IMG/VR virus record: IMGVR_UViG_3300044627_003356
Origin: a virus
Strand: one strand, 5' to 3'
DNA: 64,000 nucleotides
Below, piece after piece: positions 9,088-18,752 of the stretch. Positions within the stretch are counted from its first letter, which is position 1. Every line of letters begins with the position of its first letter. Under the pieces are notes generated by a model that was not told where the DNA came from, did not search any database, and saw only the letters and a list, made by a program, of their open reading frames with translations. The translations under genes and the position numbers were made by a program.

Positions 9088-9700
9088 ATTCTTTAATCTT
9101 TTCTTTTAAAAACTTCGTAAACTTTTCTTTATCGTATTGTATAAACGGTGTATATTTCTTTATAATTCTTCGGTGTGTTGGCCAAATAATATCTTCGGTG
9201 ATTTGTTTTTCCCATTTTGGCATACAACCAAGTATATCAACTAGGATACAAACTGTTTCCAATGAAATCTTATCGTGCATCATTTTGGTAATTAACATTG
9301 GCCAACCACCATCGATTGGTTTAAAGTAATCATCAATATGCCAGAACTCAGCACCATCAACACTATCAAACATATACATTATATCATTCTCAAAGGTATA
9401 TGTCAAGCTCTGTTGGGTTTTTTGCCACTTGGTATAGTTCTCATCACCATCCTGAAGTAAGTCGCCCACCCAATCACCTTTACCTTGGATAAAGTTGGCA
9501 ATATAGAAGTTTTTTAATTCTTCTATATCGTATTTACGGGATAATTTATAGAATTGGTATTTTGATTTGTTGATGGTGAATGTCTGTTTAGATACATTTG
9601 TTTTTCCGTTATACTTAAAGTAATCGTAAGATTCGGAAGTAAAATGCAACTTCAAGGCATTCCATAATGCATATGCGGCAAAACCTGAATTTTCTGTCAT
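9080..9700 (-). CDS. gp59: Helicase loader gp59
   Basis: ALKLHFTSESYDYFKYNGKT, ISLET, KYTPF. Confidence 0.9.
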   Translation of the reverse strand: MTENSGFAAYALWNALKLHFTSESYDYFKYNGKTNVSKQTFTINKSKYQFYKLSRKYDIEELKNFYIANFIQGKGDWVGDLLQDGDENYTKWQKTQQSLTYTFENDIMYMFDSVDGAEFWHIDDYFKPIDGGWPMLITKMMHDKISLETVCILVDILGCMPKWEKQITEDIIWPTHRRIIKKYTPFIQYDKEKFTKFLKEKIKEYA

Positions 9701-9706
9701 AACAAA

Positions 9707-9970
9707 TTATAGAGGGAGTTTTGAACTCTTTTTAATCAAATTTAATTCTTGTGCTTCTTCACGAATTTTTGCTTTGAGTGCGGAAGAAATTAATGTAGAT
9801 GCCACTTCAACTTCTAATCCTTTTTCTTTGCAATGTTGTAGAATGGCATCCATGTGATTACATCTCAATTTGGATGCCAATTCTTCAATCATCATACTAA
9901 AATCTTTAATCTCACTTTTTGTTGGCATATTATATTTTACTTCTCTCTTTATAAAAAATGTGATTACCAA
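9707..9970 (-). CDS. gp33: Late transcription coactivator gp33 (true start probably MPTKSE)
   Basis: FSMMIEE, MDAILQHC, LISSALKAKIREEAQELNL. Confidence 0.85.
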   Translation of the reverse strand: MVITFFIKREVKYNMPTKSEIKDFSMMIEELASKLRCNHMDAILQHCKEKGLEVEVASTLISSALKAKIREEAQELNLIKKSSKLPL

Positions 9971-10472
9971 TCTGTGTGATTCTTGGTAAATTCCAATTAG
10001 GCTTTACATAATTGGCATGATAAAACATTGCTTTCTCTTTATGGAGTGTAACATGAGCAACTTCACTTGTCAAGGCTTTCTTTGCAACAAGTACCGATTC
10101 TTCCCATTGATATGGGTTACGAACCATCGAGTATACATGGCCACAGAACCAAGAGAATTGGCAAATCATTTTACCATTGATTACATCTTTCTGTTTTACT
10201 ACACCACAAACGGTGTTTGGAAATTTGCCAGAGTTTACACGATTGAGTGTTACTTGTGCAACTGCCAATTTACCTTCAAATGATTCACCAGCAGATTCAT
10301 AATAAATGTTTTCAGCTAAACATTGAATTTCATTATTGAAATGTTGACTGGCAACTTTCATTGTTTGTTTTTCTACCTGAGCTTTTGCTACAGGCACGAA
10401 TAGATTAACCGCAATTAATATTACTGAGGTTGCAATTAAAAATTTATTAGTTACTTTTTTGTTGAAATACAT
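9930..10472 (-). CDS. SleB-like cell wall hydrolase
   Basis: CLAENIYYESAGE, AVAQVTLNRV, CQFSW, IGNHIFY; N-terminal signal/TM segment. Confidence 0.9.
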   Translation of the reverse strand: MYFNKKVTNKFLIATSVILIAVNLFVPVAKAQVEKQTMKVASQHFNNEIQCLAENIYYESAGESFEGKLAVAQVTLNRVNSGKFPNTVCGVVKQKDVINGKMICQFSWFCGHVYSMVRNPYQWEESVLVAKKALTSEVAHVTLHKEKAMFYHANYVKPNWNLPRITQIGNHIFYKERSKI

Positions 10473-10528
10473 CTTTCTTCCTTTTTGATGTTCTGGCCAC
10501 CAAACATCAGGCGGCCAGATTTCTCCAA

Positions 10529-10807
10529 TTACGAATTCGTTTTCTTTGTAATTTTTACTTCAGGTTGTGGAGTGGTTTGAGAAACGAAACCATTGAGCAT
10601 CTCTGCTTTTTTAATGATTTCTTCTTCGGAGGGAAATGGTGGAAAACCTGGATGTTGTGGTGAAGGAGTTCCGTTAATCTTGGATTCTTCTACCTTGGTT
10701 GTCCACTCGTTTGAAATAACTTCACGCTTGCCATAATAGTCATCGGTGAGCATTTCTTTGGCCATTTTTAAGAGTTCTAGCCGAATCTCATAAGGTGTCA
10801 TACTCAT
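10529..10807 (-). CDS. Conserved phage hypothetical protein
   Basis: TPYEIRLELLKMAK...FPSEEEIIKKAEMLNGFVS; late motif CATAAATA at 10867-10874 and a sigma70-like promoter at 10897-10925. Confidence 0.7.
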   Translation of the reverse strand: MSMTPYEIRLELLKMAKEMLTDDYYGKREVISNEWTTKVEESKINGTPSPQHPGFPPFPSEEEIIKKAEMLNGFVSQTTPQPEVKITKKTNS

Positions 10808-10963
10808 TTACTTCTCCTTGTGTGTGTTTATGTGTATTACCAGCGGTTTGTGTGTTGCTGGTACTTTATTTATGCAGAGTTAATCTACATTCTTGGAGTG
10901 TATACTAATCCAACATAAATGTCAAGCGGTTGCTGCAATTATCTTACAATGTGAAACTGGTAA

Positions 10964-11083
10964 TTAACCGAACAGGTAAAATACCGTAAACAAAACGGTC
11001 AAACCGGCTGCAAGTACTATCAATGTACCTAATCTCTGTTCAATTTTTTCTTCCGAATAGTTTTCGAAGTTATCTTTACTCAT
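10964..11083 (-). CDS. Small membrane protein (39 aa)
   Basis: MSKDNFENYSEEKIEQRLGTLIVLAAGLTVLFTVFYLFG; TATAAATA at 11117-11124 upstream. Confidence 0.5.
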   Translation of the reverse strand: MSKDNFENYSEEKIEQRLGTLIVLAAGLTVLFTVFYLFG

Positions 11084-11173
11084 TTTTTTCTTTCGTATTA
11101 GTGTTTGTACTATTAGTATTTATACTTAGAGAATTACCATTTTTGGTCATTATAATTATGTGTGTAATTAGTT

Positions 11174-11458
11174 TTAAAAAAATTCTGCCGTTTTTTCTAT
11201 ACCATTATTTTTACAATAGTCGTTTCTGTAATTAAAAAACGATTCAACAGCTGGTTCTAATTTCCATTTTTCAAAAGTTTCGGCATCTTTAAAAATTGTA
11301 GTAAAAACTACCGTTTTTTGGTTTTCATTTTCAACTTTATAATTATCAATTATTTTATTTGTGGTTAGATATTCATCTCTGGTTTGAATAAAATTTTCAG
11401 GCACATCCCAAAAAACAGGTGGCCAAGTTGGGAATTTAAATGTCATCACGGTTGTCAT
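11174..11458 (-). CDS. Hypothetical protein
   Basis: ORF overlapping exonuclease stop by 4 nt. Confidence 0.6.
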   Translation of the reverse strand: MTTVMTFKFPTWPPVFWDVPENFIQTRDEYLTTNKIIDNYKVENENQKTVVFTTIFKDAETFEKWKLEPAVESFFNYRNDYCKNNGIEKTAEFF

Positions 11459-12111
11459 TTGTATTGGTCCTTATAAAATTGTATAGCTTTTACCAAACCA
11501 AGAATGTGGTCTTGTGTCTGTTGTTTAAATATCAATGGCTGTTCATCTTCAACCGCCATAATAATAACTAAGTTATTTATAGGTATGCCAATCATTTCTT
11601 CATACATCAAAGCGTATGCTGCCGTTTGCCAATAATAATCTTCAATGTCTGCACTTGATTTAATCTTCTTGGATGTTTTAAAATCAATTACGGATAACTC
11701 ACCATCGAACTCAGCAATACAATCGACCCTACCTGCCATTTCTAATTGTTTAGACCATAAGGCACACTCTTGATAATGAATATTGTTAATGCGATTGAGT
11801 AATGGTTTAAGTGTTCTAAACATTTCAACAGCATCAGGCATAATATCACCTAACGGTTCATTATTTAAATATCGTTCACATAGTGTATGTACATTGGTGC
11901 CACGACTAGTTGCCTTCTTTGATACACGATTGGCTTCTTCTTCACCAACTCTCTTACGCCATTTCATAATAGCTTCTTTCTTCTGAGCACCAAGAACTGT
12001 GGTGACCGATGGTAACTTCGTACCATCTTCTAGTGTGTAGTAACGTTTACCATCAGGAAAGGTTTCGGATTTTAAGTCAGCAAGGACTTTAGGGGGGCAA
12101 AATTTAAACAT
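11455..12111 (-). CDS. PD-(D/E)xK Cas4-like exonuclease
   Basis: LPSVTTVL, RGTNVH, AGRVDCIAEFDGELSVIDFKTS, QTAAYA. Confidence 0.9.
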   Translation of the reverse strand: MFKFCPPKVLADLKSETFPDGKRYYTLEDGTKLPSVTTVLGAQKKEAIMKWRKRVGEEEANRVSKKATSRGTNVHTLCERYLNNEPLGDIMPDAVEMFRTLKPLLNRINNIHYQECALWSKQLEMAGRVDCIAEFDGELSVIDFKTSKKIKSSADIEDYYWQTAAYALMYEEMIGIPINNLVIIMAVEDEQPLIFKQQTQDHILGLVKAIQFYKDQYK

Positions 12112-12472
12112 TTTTTATTTTTTCCAATACTTCATTTGATATTTCATGATGATACTGATACCACAAATGCACTCTTTCTGTTTCAATAGGAATAAAAACT
12201 GAATGTTCCAGACTATTCGTCTTAATTAATACCGGTATGCCATCGGCGGGCTGATGTATTTCGGTAATTTTTCCATTTTCTTTGAATCTCCATATTGTAT
12301 CAGGACTAGTTTTTAATGCTATGTGTATTCTATAAGGTGTGTGTTCATCATAATGATAACTTATTTCATTCCAAGTATTTGGTTTAACAAATTTATCTAT
12401 TTCGGTTGTCAGCCTTTCTATATCAACAAAAAAGTTTTTTAACGGTATAAAAAAATTATTCATAGTTACCAT
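12104..12472 (-). CDS. Short AspH/2OG-Fe(II) oxygenase-like protein
   Basis: HYD...RIHIALKT...EHSV...ERVHL. Confidence 0.55.
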   Translation of the reverse strand: MVTMNNFFIPLKNFFVDIERLTTEIDKFVKPNTWNEISYHYDEHTPYRIHIALKTSPDTIWRFKENGKITEIHQPADGIPVLIKTNSLEHSVFIPIETERVHLWYQYHHEISNEVLEKIKNV

Positions 12473-12630
12473 TTATTTTTGGGGCATTTTGTGTCAATTA
12501 AAAGTGTTTTTGTTTTTAAAACACAATTACAAACGGAACACATTGCTACCATTTTATTAACCATAAACTCACATTTAGAACAAATTTCCATTCTTTCTTT
12601 TTGCATTTTAAATTGTGGTAAAGTTAACAT
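12466..12630 (-). CDS. Cys-rich 54-aa protein
   Basis: Manual translation MLTLPQFKMQKERMEICSKCEFMVNKMVAMCSVCNCVLKTKTLLIDTKCPKNKW; translationally coupled on both sides. Confidence 0.7.
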   Translation of the reverse strand: MLTLPQFKMQKERMEICSKCEFMVNKMVAMCSVCNCVLKTKTLLIDTKCPKNKW

Positions 12631-13205
12631 CATCTTTTATCCAATAAATTTAATTCTTGAAACACTTCAACCATTTTGTCCCAAGTTTTAATATTTCCTT
12701 TTAGACGAATACTAATAGCCCATCTTGGTTTTTCCCCCATCATTATTGCATGAGGAATATCCACTCTCACTAGTGTTAAATTAGATTGTATTCGTGTTTT
12801 ATCAATTTCTTTTAATTCATCAATTGGCCAATTAATATATGGAGTTCCCGCTACAGTATATAATATTTTTTTTTCTTTTTTTGGTAATTCATACCAAATC
12901 ATATCGGAATCTTCCCCTCCCACCACAAAATTTAATCCAGATATATCACAATCAACACTTCCAACTTTTATATCTATGTGTGCAAAATTTGTATTAAAAT
13001 TTGAAGGTCTATAAAATAACATTGCATGATTTACAATAGGAATATTTAATTTTTCAATGTATTTTAACCATTCCGCATCGACAATATCTTTTATGTTTAG
13101 TCTCCAAACTCCGTTGCCTGAAGAATTATTTGGCGCTGGAAAATTCCATTGCGGATTAATAACCGGACAATCAACTTTTAATTTGTACCAACAATTATTC
13201 ATCAA
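12630..13205 (-). CDS. 2OG-Fe(II) oxygenase/cupin-like protein
   Basis: AHID...VRVDIPHAI...PRWAISIR (HxD...H...R). Confidence 0.65.
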   Translation of the reverse strand: MMNNCWYKLKVDCPVINPQWNFPAPNNSSGNGVWRLNIKDIVDAEWLKYIEKLNIPIVNHAMLFYRPSNFNTNFAHIDIKVGSVDCDISGLNFVVGGEDSDMIWYELPKKEKKILYTVAGTPYINWPIDELKEIDKTRIQSNLTLVRVDIPHAIMMGEKPRWAISIRLKGNIKTWDKMVEVFQELNLLDKR

Positions 13206-13821
13206 TGTAACCCAAACGTTTTAGTATTTGTTTACAATGTTTATAATCCCATTTCCAATTTTTAAAATTCCAACCCACAGCAATTCTTTCCTGGCCACTT
13301 AAATTTTTAACTCCATGCCATTCATGTACATTAGTCAGATAAGCATTTCCATAAACTGAATATGTACATATTGGCAATGGAAAATTAGAAATAACTTGAT
13401 TATTATTAGTTTGTTTTTTTGGTAAATCATAATACTCAGAAACACACAATTCAGAACATCCATCTATTGGAAAATAAATTGCTTCAGGTCGCCATTTCCT
13501 ATCAACATGTGGACTCATTATTTGTCCTGGGTTTATTTTTGTTATTGAAGCCGATTTACTCATGTATGGCAACAAGTCTGAAAACTGTTTCCAGAGAGGA
13601 TCCAATCTACATTCTTCAGAAACAAATCCTTTATTAAAATGATTTATGTCTTTACCTTTAGATGGTTCCCATATACCATCTTTTTCCCATATGGCAACAA
13701 TAGCTCTACCTTCATAATCACTGGTCATATTTTTAGCAAAATATTTGTAATAAATTTGCCTCATTGCATTCAATTGAAATTCACTAAACTCACATTTAGA
13801 ATACAAATTGTTAGCATTCAT
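13195..13821 (-). CDS. 2OG-Fe(II) oxygenase-like protein
   Basis: PHVD...NVHEWHGVKN...ERIAVGW. Confidence 0.7.
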   Translation of the reverse strand: MNANNLYSKCEFSEFQLNAMRQIYYKYFAKNMTSDYEGRAIVAIWEKDGIWEPSKGKDINHFNKGFVSEECRLDPLWKQFSDLLPYMSKSASITKINPGQIMSPHVDRKWRPEAIYFPIDGCSELCVSEYYDLPKKQTNNNQVISNFPLPICTYSVYGNAYLTNVHEWHGVKNLSGQERIAVGWNFKNWKWDYKHCKQILKRLGYIDE

Positions 13822-13822
13822 T

Positions 13823-14455
13823 TTAATATTCTTGTATGTGTGGATTTTTTATTCCCAATCGAATAATATCTTCATTTGTTAATTCTGGATGAAATCTTAA
13901 ACCACAAATTGTTCTATTGATATTATCAGAAATACCAGAATGTAATATTGTTGTGTTGACCAATAAAGGCCTTTCATCCCAAAGAACCCTTTTAATTTCT
14001 GTAGCGTCATGCCGAGGTAACCATCCATAATTTATTTTAGGATTCAATCCATCTTTCATTGCATCAATTAATTTAATTTTGTCAGTTTTAAACCAAGCTG
14101 TGTAAGAATTTTCATAATCTGATATACCTATGTTTATGGAGTGTGTTGAAATGTATGGGCTGTAAGCGTCAACATGAACCTTATGTATATTGTTTAATAT
14201 GACTTTTTTTGAAACCAAAATTCTACGAAATTTATTTTGCAAACCAACACTATTTAAATATTTCTTTAAGGTTGGACAATAATTATATACATGAACAGCA
14301 TCGATATTATAATAAGATGCGTTTGTTGCATAAATTTGTTTATTTGGTTCATTTATTAATTTTTTCAATTCCTCCCTAATAATTTCTAAATTAGGAATAA
14401 CAAAATAACTATAAAACCAGTCCGGAAACAATGGAGTATAAACCATTTTTTCCAC
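13823..14455 (-). CDS. 2OG-Fe(II) oxygenase/cupin-like protein
   Basis: VHVD...VNTTILHSG...NRTICGLRF; CATAAATA at 14502-14509 upstream. Confidence 0.65.
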   Translation of the reverse strand: MEKMVYTPLFPDWFYSYFVIPNLEIIREELKKLINEPNKQIYATNASYYNIDAVHVYNYCPTLKKYLNSVGLQNKFRRILVSKKVILNNIHKVHVDAYSPYISTHSINIGISDYENSYTAWFKTDKIKLIDAMKDGLNPKINYGWLPRHDATEIKRVLWDERPLLVNTTILHSGISDNINRTICGLRFHPELTNEDIIRLGIKNPHIQEY

Positions 14456-14523
14456 CCATCTGGAATATTCTTGTTGCTGTTTTTCCGAGGTAATTTGTAG
14501 ATATTTATGAATTTTTATTTTTC

Positions 14524-14976
14524 CTATAACATTCTACCAACAATGATATCCTCATCAATGTAACCCATTCGATGAAGTATTGGGCTAAAGTCATTTGACG
14601 ACTTTATGTGCCAGGTAATTTTGTTGGCACCAAGTTCTTTCATTTTTTGTTCGGAATATTTAATTAATTTTAATCCAAATCTTCCTACTCTATGTTCCTT
14701 TTTTAGAAACAATACATCGTTACTTGCAACCAAGATATCTTTATAATGTATATGTGGTTTTAAAAAGAAAGCACTATAACCAATCAATTCTTTATTGATT
14801 CTAGCTGTAAATAAAAAAAACTGATTGTTATCTTCTAATTTTTTATATGCTTCCCAATCAGGATTCAATTTTACTTTATCTTTATACAAAGTAATTTCTT
14901 GGTAATGAAAATTTGTCAATTCTTCCATTTCAGGAAGAATGTCAAACAAAGATTCAATTTTTAAATCGAGTGTCAT
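14524..14976 (-). CDS. GNAT-family acyltransferase
   Basis: DVLFLKKEHRVGRFGLKLIKYSEQKMKELGA acetyl-CoA-binding motif. Confidence 0.8.
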   Translation of the reverse strand: MTLDLKIESLFDILPEMEELTNFHYQEITLYKDKVKLNPDWEAYKKLEDNNQFFLFTARINKELIGYSAFFLKPHIHYKDILVASNDVLFLKKEHRVGRFGLKLIKYSEQKMKELGANKITWHIKSSNDFSPILHRMGYIDEDIIVGRML

Positions 14977-15839
14977 TATTTATTAATGTTTTGAATAATG
15001 TTTTTAAGGTTTTGAGAACCCAATGCATAAGTTGTGGATTCCTCTTGTTTAAAATCTTCAATTACTTTAGAGTTATTCATATAATCATTTATAAGATTTT
15101 GCCAATAAGTTATTGTTTCTTGTGGGGTGCCTTTAGGTGCCACGAAGCAGTAGCCCGCAATATCGATCCAATTTTTGTACAAACTATCAAAAGCAACTAA
15201 ATTTGGTTCAACACTCAATTTACTCGTTGATCCTAACATAATCAATTTTCCTGATTGTACATGGTCTTTTACAACCGCATAAGGAAGAATGGCAAAATCA
15301 GTTTGACCACCTATCAAATCCGTCAAAACATTAGAAACACTTTTGTATGAAGCTTTAACAACTTCGGTCTTTGGTTTAACATTATCCAATACTTGGTTGA
15401 TAAACAACAACTGTGCCGGTGTATTATACCCAAACGCATATGGCACACCCATCTTCATTCTTTTTGAAAAATCATTATATGATTTAACATTTGTTTTTGT
15501 ATTGGTTACCAACACGGCTGTAAATTTACGAGTTGCTGTAATGTATTCAAACTCTAAATTGTTATTTTTTACGACTGATGCTACCGATCCAATAGTTGTA
15601 TAACCAATGAAAGTACCGTCTTTCGGTGATTTAGAAAGTTCTTGTAGTCCAATAAGACCTTCAGCTCCAGGTTTCATCATTGCGACAAATTTTACATTCT
15701 TATTTTCATTTACATATTTTTCAAAATGTCTTAAAGAAAGTTCAACACCACCACCTTGGCCAAAAGGTACAATTACTTTTGTTTCGGCAAACACATTGAG
15801 AGAAAGTAGGCATAAAAATGCCAATATAATTTTATTCAT
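14976..15839 (-). CDS. Bug/TctC tripartite tricarboxylate transporter substrate-binding protein
   Basis: Signal peptide; IVPFGQGGG, KPGAEGLIG, PKDGT, YKS...DLIGGQTD, APKGTP. Confidence 0.85.
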   Translation of the reverse strand: MNKIILAFLCLLSLNVFAETKVIVPFGQGGGVELSLRHFEKYVNENKNVKFVAMMKPGAEGLIGLQELSKSPKDGTFIGYTTIGSVASVVKNNNLEFEYITATRKFTAVLVTNTKTNVKSYNDFSKRMKMGVPYAFGYNTPAQLLFINQVLDNVKPKTEVVKASYKSVSNVLTDLIGGQTDFAILPYAVVKDHVQSGKLIMLGSTSKLSVEPNLVAFDSLYKNWIDIAGYCFVAPKGTPQETITYWQNLINDYMNNSKVIEDFKQEESTTYALGSQNLKNIIQNINK

Positions 15840-16995
15840 CGTTTCCTTTTCTTACAAAAAAAATATCACTAATCATTGTTTTTATTCCTGGTGTTGAACT
15901 ATTAAAATTTGTTAAGAATCTTTTATCTATACCAGAAGTGACTGTTTTGACATTACTAAAAAATGCATCTTTTAGTTCATCAAATTCACCACATTCAAAA
16001 AACCAAAACCATTTGTCTTGTCGTGTTGCACTTCTTGGTTTATCAGCTTGAAATTTGTTATAATCCCAAGTGTCATAACAAGTTAACTTACCAATATTAT
16101 TTTGAACTTGAATTATAACACTTAACTGAAAATTAAATTGTGAACCCTTTTGAGCAACGGCATTGTTTGCTACCTCATATATTCTCAAAAACTTTTTTTT
16201 ATCTTCATTAATGATATAATAATTGGCGGCCTGATATGCCATTTCAAAAGTTAAAATAGGAAAATCTGGCGACCAATAAAAACACTCTTTATTATCTGGA
16301 TCATCATCTTTTGTTTTATTGGCGTATAACATTGTTGTCGCCAAATCATTAAAAAACATATAAATGTCATTGTTGTGTATTGCTAGTGATGGTTTATCAA
16401 TACCAAAAATATGTCCGGTTCTTTTTTTCGACAATGATATATCTATACCGGTAAAAGATTGCAGTATGCCTGCTCGAGTGTGGTCAATAATTTCAAAAGA
16501 AGATTCTAAATTTTTTATAGTCAGTTCATCTGTATAATCATTAATTGTTATTTTAATTTCCGGATTAGTAAGTTTAAGTTTATCCAATTCAGGTTTGACA
16601 ACAAAATCCCATTCACTCCAGTAATTTCTGGCTGTTCCATCGACAATGTTTTTCTCATAGAACTTACCATCAACCAAGGGTTTTGGCCAATTCACAATAA
16701 TTTCATCTAATTTTATATTATTATTGATAAACGACATCAATACATTATGACTATCAGCGCCACCAGAATAATAAAGAATTAAATATTCATAGTTGTCCCG
16801 CAACTGTTGAGCTCGTTCTTTATATAATTGATTTAAAGGTATTTTACCTAAAACAGACCGGTCAAATTTTTTCCACACATCATCATGGTACATAAATTTA
16901 ACTTTAGTGTCATTACGAGATGCATAAAGTAAAGCTTCAATTTTGTTGTAAAATTTTAACCCATTCGTATACCAATAGCCATATTTTTCTGTCAT
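15832..16995 (-). CDS. PP-loop (AsnB/QueC-like) ATP pyrophosphatase
   Basis: YKERAQQLRDNYEYLILYYSGGADSHNVL, GIDKP, FYWSPD. Confidence 0.7.
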   Translation of the reverse strand: MTEKYGYWYTNGLKFYNKIEALLYASRNDTKVKFMYHDDVWKKFDRSVLGKIPLNQLYKERAQQLRDNYEYLILYYSGGADSHNVLMSFINNNIKLDEIIVNWPKPLVDGKFYEKNIVDGTARNYWSEWDFVVKPELDKLKLTNPEIKITINDYTDELTIKNLESSFEIIDHTRAGILQSFTGIDISLSKKRTGHIFGIDKPSLAIHNNDIYMFFNDLATTMLYANKTKDDDPDNKECFYWSPDFPILTFEMAYQAANYYIINEDKKKFLRIYEVANNAVAQKGSQFNFQLSVIIQVQNNIGKLTCYDTWDYNKFQADKPRSATRQDKWFWFFECGEFDELKDAFFSNVKTVTSGIDKRFLTNFNSSTPGIKTMISDIFFVRKGNDE

Positions 16996-17630
16996 GATTT
17001 TATGATATTTCTAAAACTATTTTTTGAAAGTGAATCACACAATTCTTGAAAAGAAGGATTTCCTTCAAATTTTGTTTGTAATACAATTCTATCTTTGGGG
17101 CCAGAACAAACATAACTATGAAAAACATCTGTATTCACAACATACACATCACCAACTTCTGTTCGGAGTTCTTCTGTATAAGGAAAATTTTCAAAATCTT
17201 CTATTGCGTGAGCATTTCTGGTATAATTTAATTCAATTTTTGCCGGCACATCACCAAATTTATAAACATCTTCATCTTTATGCCAACGCACCCAATCATT
17301 ATCATTACAGTTTATTGCAATATTTAATGCTGCTTTATCGTTAATACCATCTTTATGTATTAAAAATTTAGATCCAGCTGGTGTATAAAATGCTTTTTGA
17401 TTGTAATAATTTTTTTTATGTGCCATTTCACCAACCCCGTTGGCGATTAATCTGACATACAAATTATAATTTTCAAATATTTTTAAAAACTCACAATTCA
17501 AATTATACGTTAACCATATCCATTGATTTTTTGATTTTTTCGGATCTTTTAACTTTAGTATTTCTTCACGAAAAAAATCAATCGTTTCTTTAGGTAATTT
17601 GCCTAATTTTTTATAATTTTTTGGCATCAT
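16992..17630 (-). CDS. 2OG-Fe(II) oxygenase/cupin-like protein
   Basis: IHKDG...ALNIAIN...VNTDVFHS...DRIVL. Confidence 0.65.
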   Translation of the reverse strand: MMPKNYKKLGKLPKETIDFFREEILKLKDPKKSKNQWIWLTYNLNCEFLKIFENYNLYVRLIANGVGEMAHKKNYYNQKAFYTPAGSKFLIHKDGINDKAALNIAINCNDNDWVRWHKDEDVYKFGDVPAKIELNYTRNAHAIEDFENFPYTEELRTEVGDVYVVNTDVFHSYVCSGPKDRIVLQTKFEGNPSFQELCDSLSKNSFRNIIKS

Positions 17631-18582
17631 GCAATATATTTCTTTCTCTTTTCCAATCAGTCGTAATGTATAACGGCATTCTTTCTAGAATTTGTGTTGG
17701 TGTTCTATATGATCTCCAAGAATGAAGTTTAATTTTTTCTTTTGTATATTCGTCATCTTTGGTGAACTCATATAGTTGTTTTTTTAATGGTAACTTATAA
17801 TTTTTAAACTCATATCCAGGATATTTATTTTCAGCTGAAGTGGATACGGCATAATCATTCCAATCTGATGTACCACCAAAATGAAATAAATTTTTATCCA
17901 AAATCATTTCATCAATCTCCAACAACCACATCAATTGTTCTGCTTGGTAATTCAATGCATAATCTAACCACCAAAAGAAATCTTTAACGTCCACAATTTC
18001 TCTTGGGCAGGCCTGTATTAATCTAGTATAGTTCTCCTGTGAGAATTTGTCAACCTCTTTAAGAAAGTCTGCCATTTTTTGTGAAAGTTTACTTTGAGGC
18101 ATAGTTCTATACATTCCAGCACCAAACACAGGATCCAATAAATGGCCAGTAACAATGATGCCATCTTTTAATGAATTTTTTAAAGAATTGGTCGTATAGA
18201 AATCCATTTGGCGAATTTCTAATTGGTCTTTAATATACTTTTCATAATATTCAGAATACTCCCTAATTGAGTTATCGTTCATCATTACAGCTATCTGTTC
18301 TTTGGGAGCAATCTTTAATAATTCAGATAATGTTAATGTAGAATCAATACCTCCACTCCAAGTTACAACTATTTTTTTTGAACCAGCGGCATTCACTATT
18401 TTTTTAGCTGAATCGTAACAAAGTTCTTCAACGGTTTTTGGTGTACAGAGTTTACCAATAGGTGTAATTGTTTCAATCTCAGGCAAATCAAACATTTTAC
18501 CTGTTCTGTCGTGTGCTGTAAAAATAACGATTGGATTTTTTATAGCAGGATTTATACCCCAATGGTAAAAATACTTTTTCAC
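17611..18582 (-). CDS. PP-loop (asparagine synthase-like) ATP pyrophosphatase
   Basis: DRT, VTWSGGIDST, IVTGHLLD, DFFWW, YKLPLK. Confidence 0.7.
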   Translation of the reverse strand: MKKYFYHWGINPAIKNPIVIFTAHDRTGKMFDLPEIETITPIGKLCTPKTVEELCYDSAKKIVNAAGSKKIVVTWSGGIDSTLTLSELLKIAPKEQIAVMMNDNSIREYSEYYEKYIKDQLEIRQMDFYTTNSLKNSLKDGIIVTGHLLDPVFGAGMYRTMPQSKLSQKMADFLKEVDKFSQENYTRLIQACPREIVDVKDFFWWLDYALNYQAEQLMWLLEIDEMILDKNLFHFGGTSDWNDYAVSTSAENKYPGYEFKNYKLPLKKQLYEFTKDDEYTKEKIKLHSWRSYRTPTQILERMPLYITTDWKRERNILHDAKKL

Positions 18583-18752
18583 AAGATACCTTCTTTTTTT
18601 AGAAAATCAATAGATTCGGTTTTACCTAACCACACATGAGATGGAAATTTAATATTTAAGTTATAATTTTCTGGTGGAGGAGAATACAGATGAGAAAACC
18701 TATAATCTTTTAAATCTTCTTCTATATTAGTGGGACATTCATTGTTTACCAT
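18579..18752 (-). CDS. Small hypothetical protein (57 aa)
   Basis: Manual translation MVNNECPTNIEEDLKDYRFSHLYSPPPENYNLNIKFPSHVWLGKTESIDFLKKEGIL; fills the gap and overlaps both neighbours. Confidence 0.55.
   Translation of the reverse strand: MVNNECPTNIEEDLKDYRFSHLYSPPPENYNLNIKFPSHVWLGKTESIDFLKKEGIL

Noticed and set aside
11455-12111. Cas4-like nuclease as a sign of CRISPR-Cas
   Set aside because: A stand-alone exonuclease common in T4-like phages; no other cas genes or array seen
17611-18752. Lasso peptide cluster (YSPP-containing 57-aa ORF next to an AsnB-like gene)
   Set aside because: No recognisable RRE or transglutaminase-like leader peptidase, and the implied core would leave only a 3-residue tail; kept only as a generic substrate hypothesis
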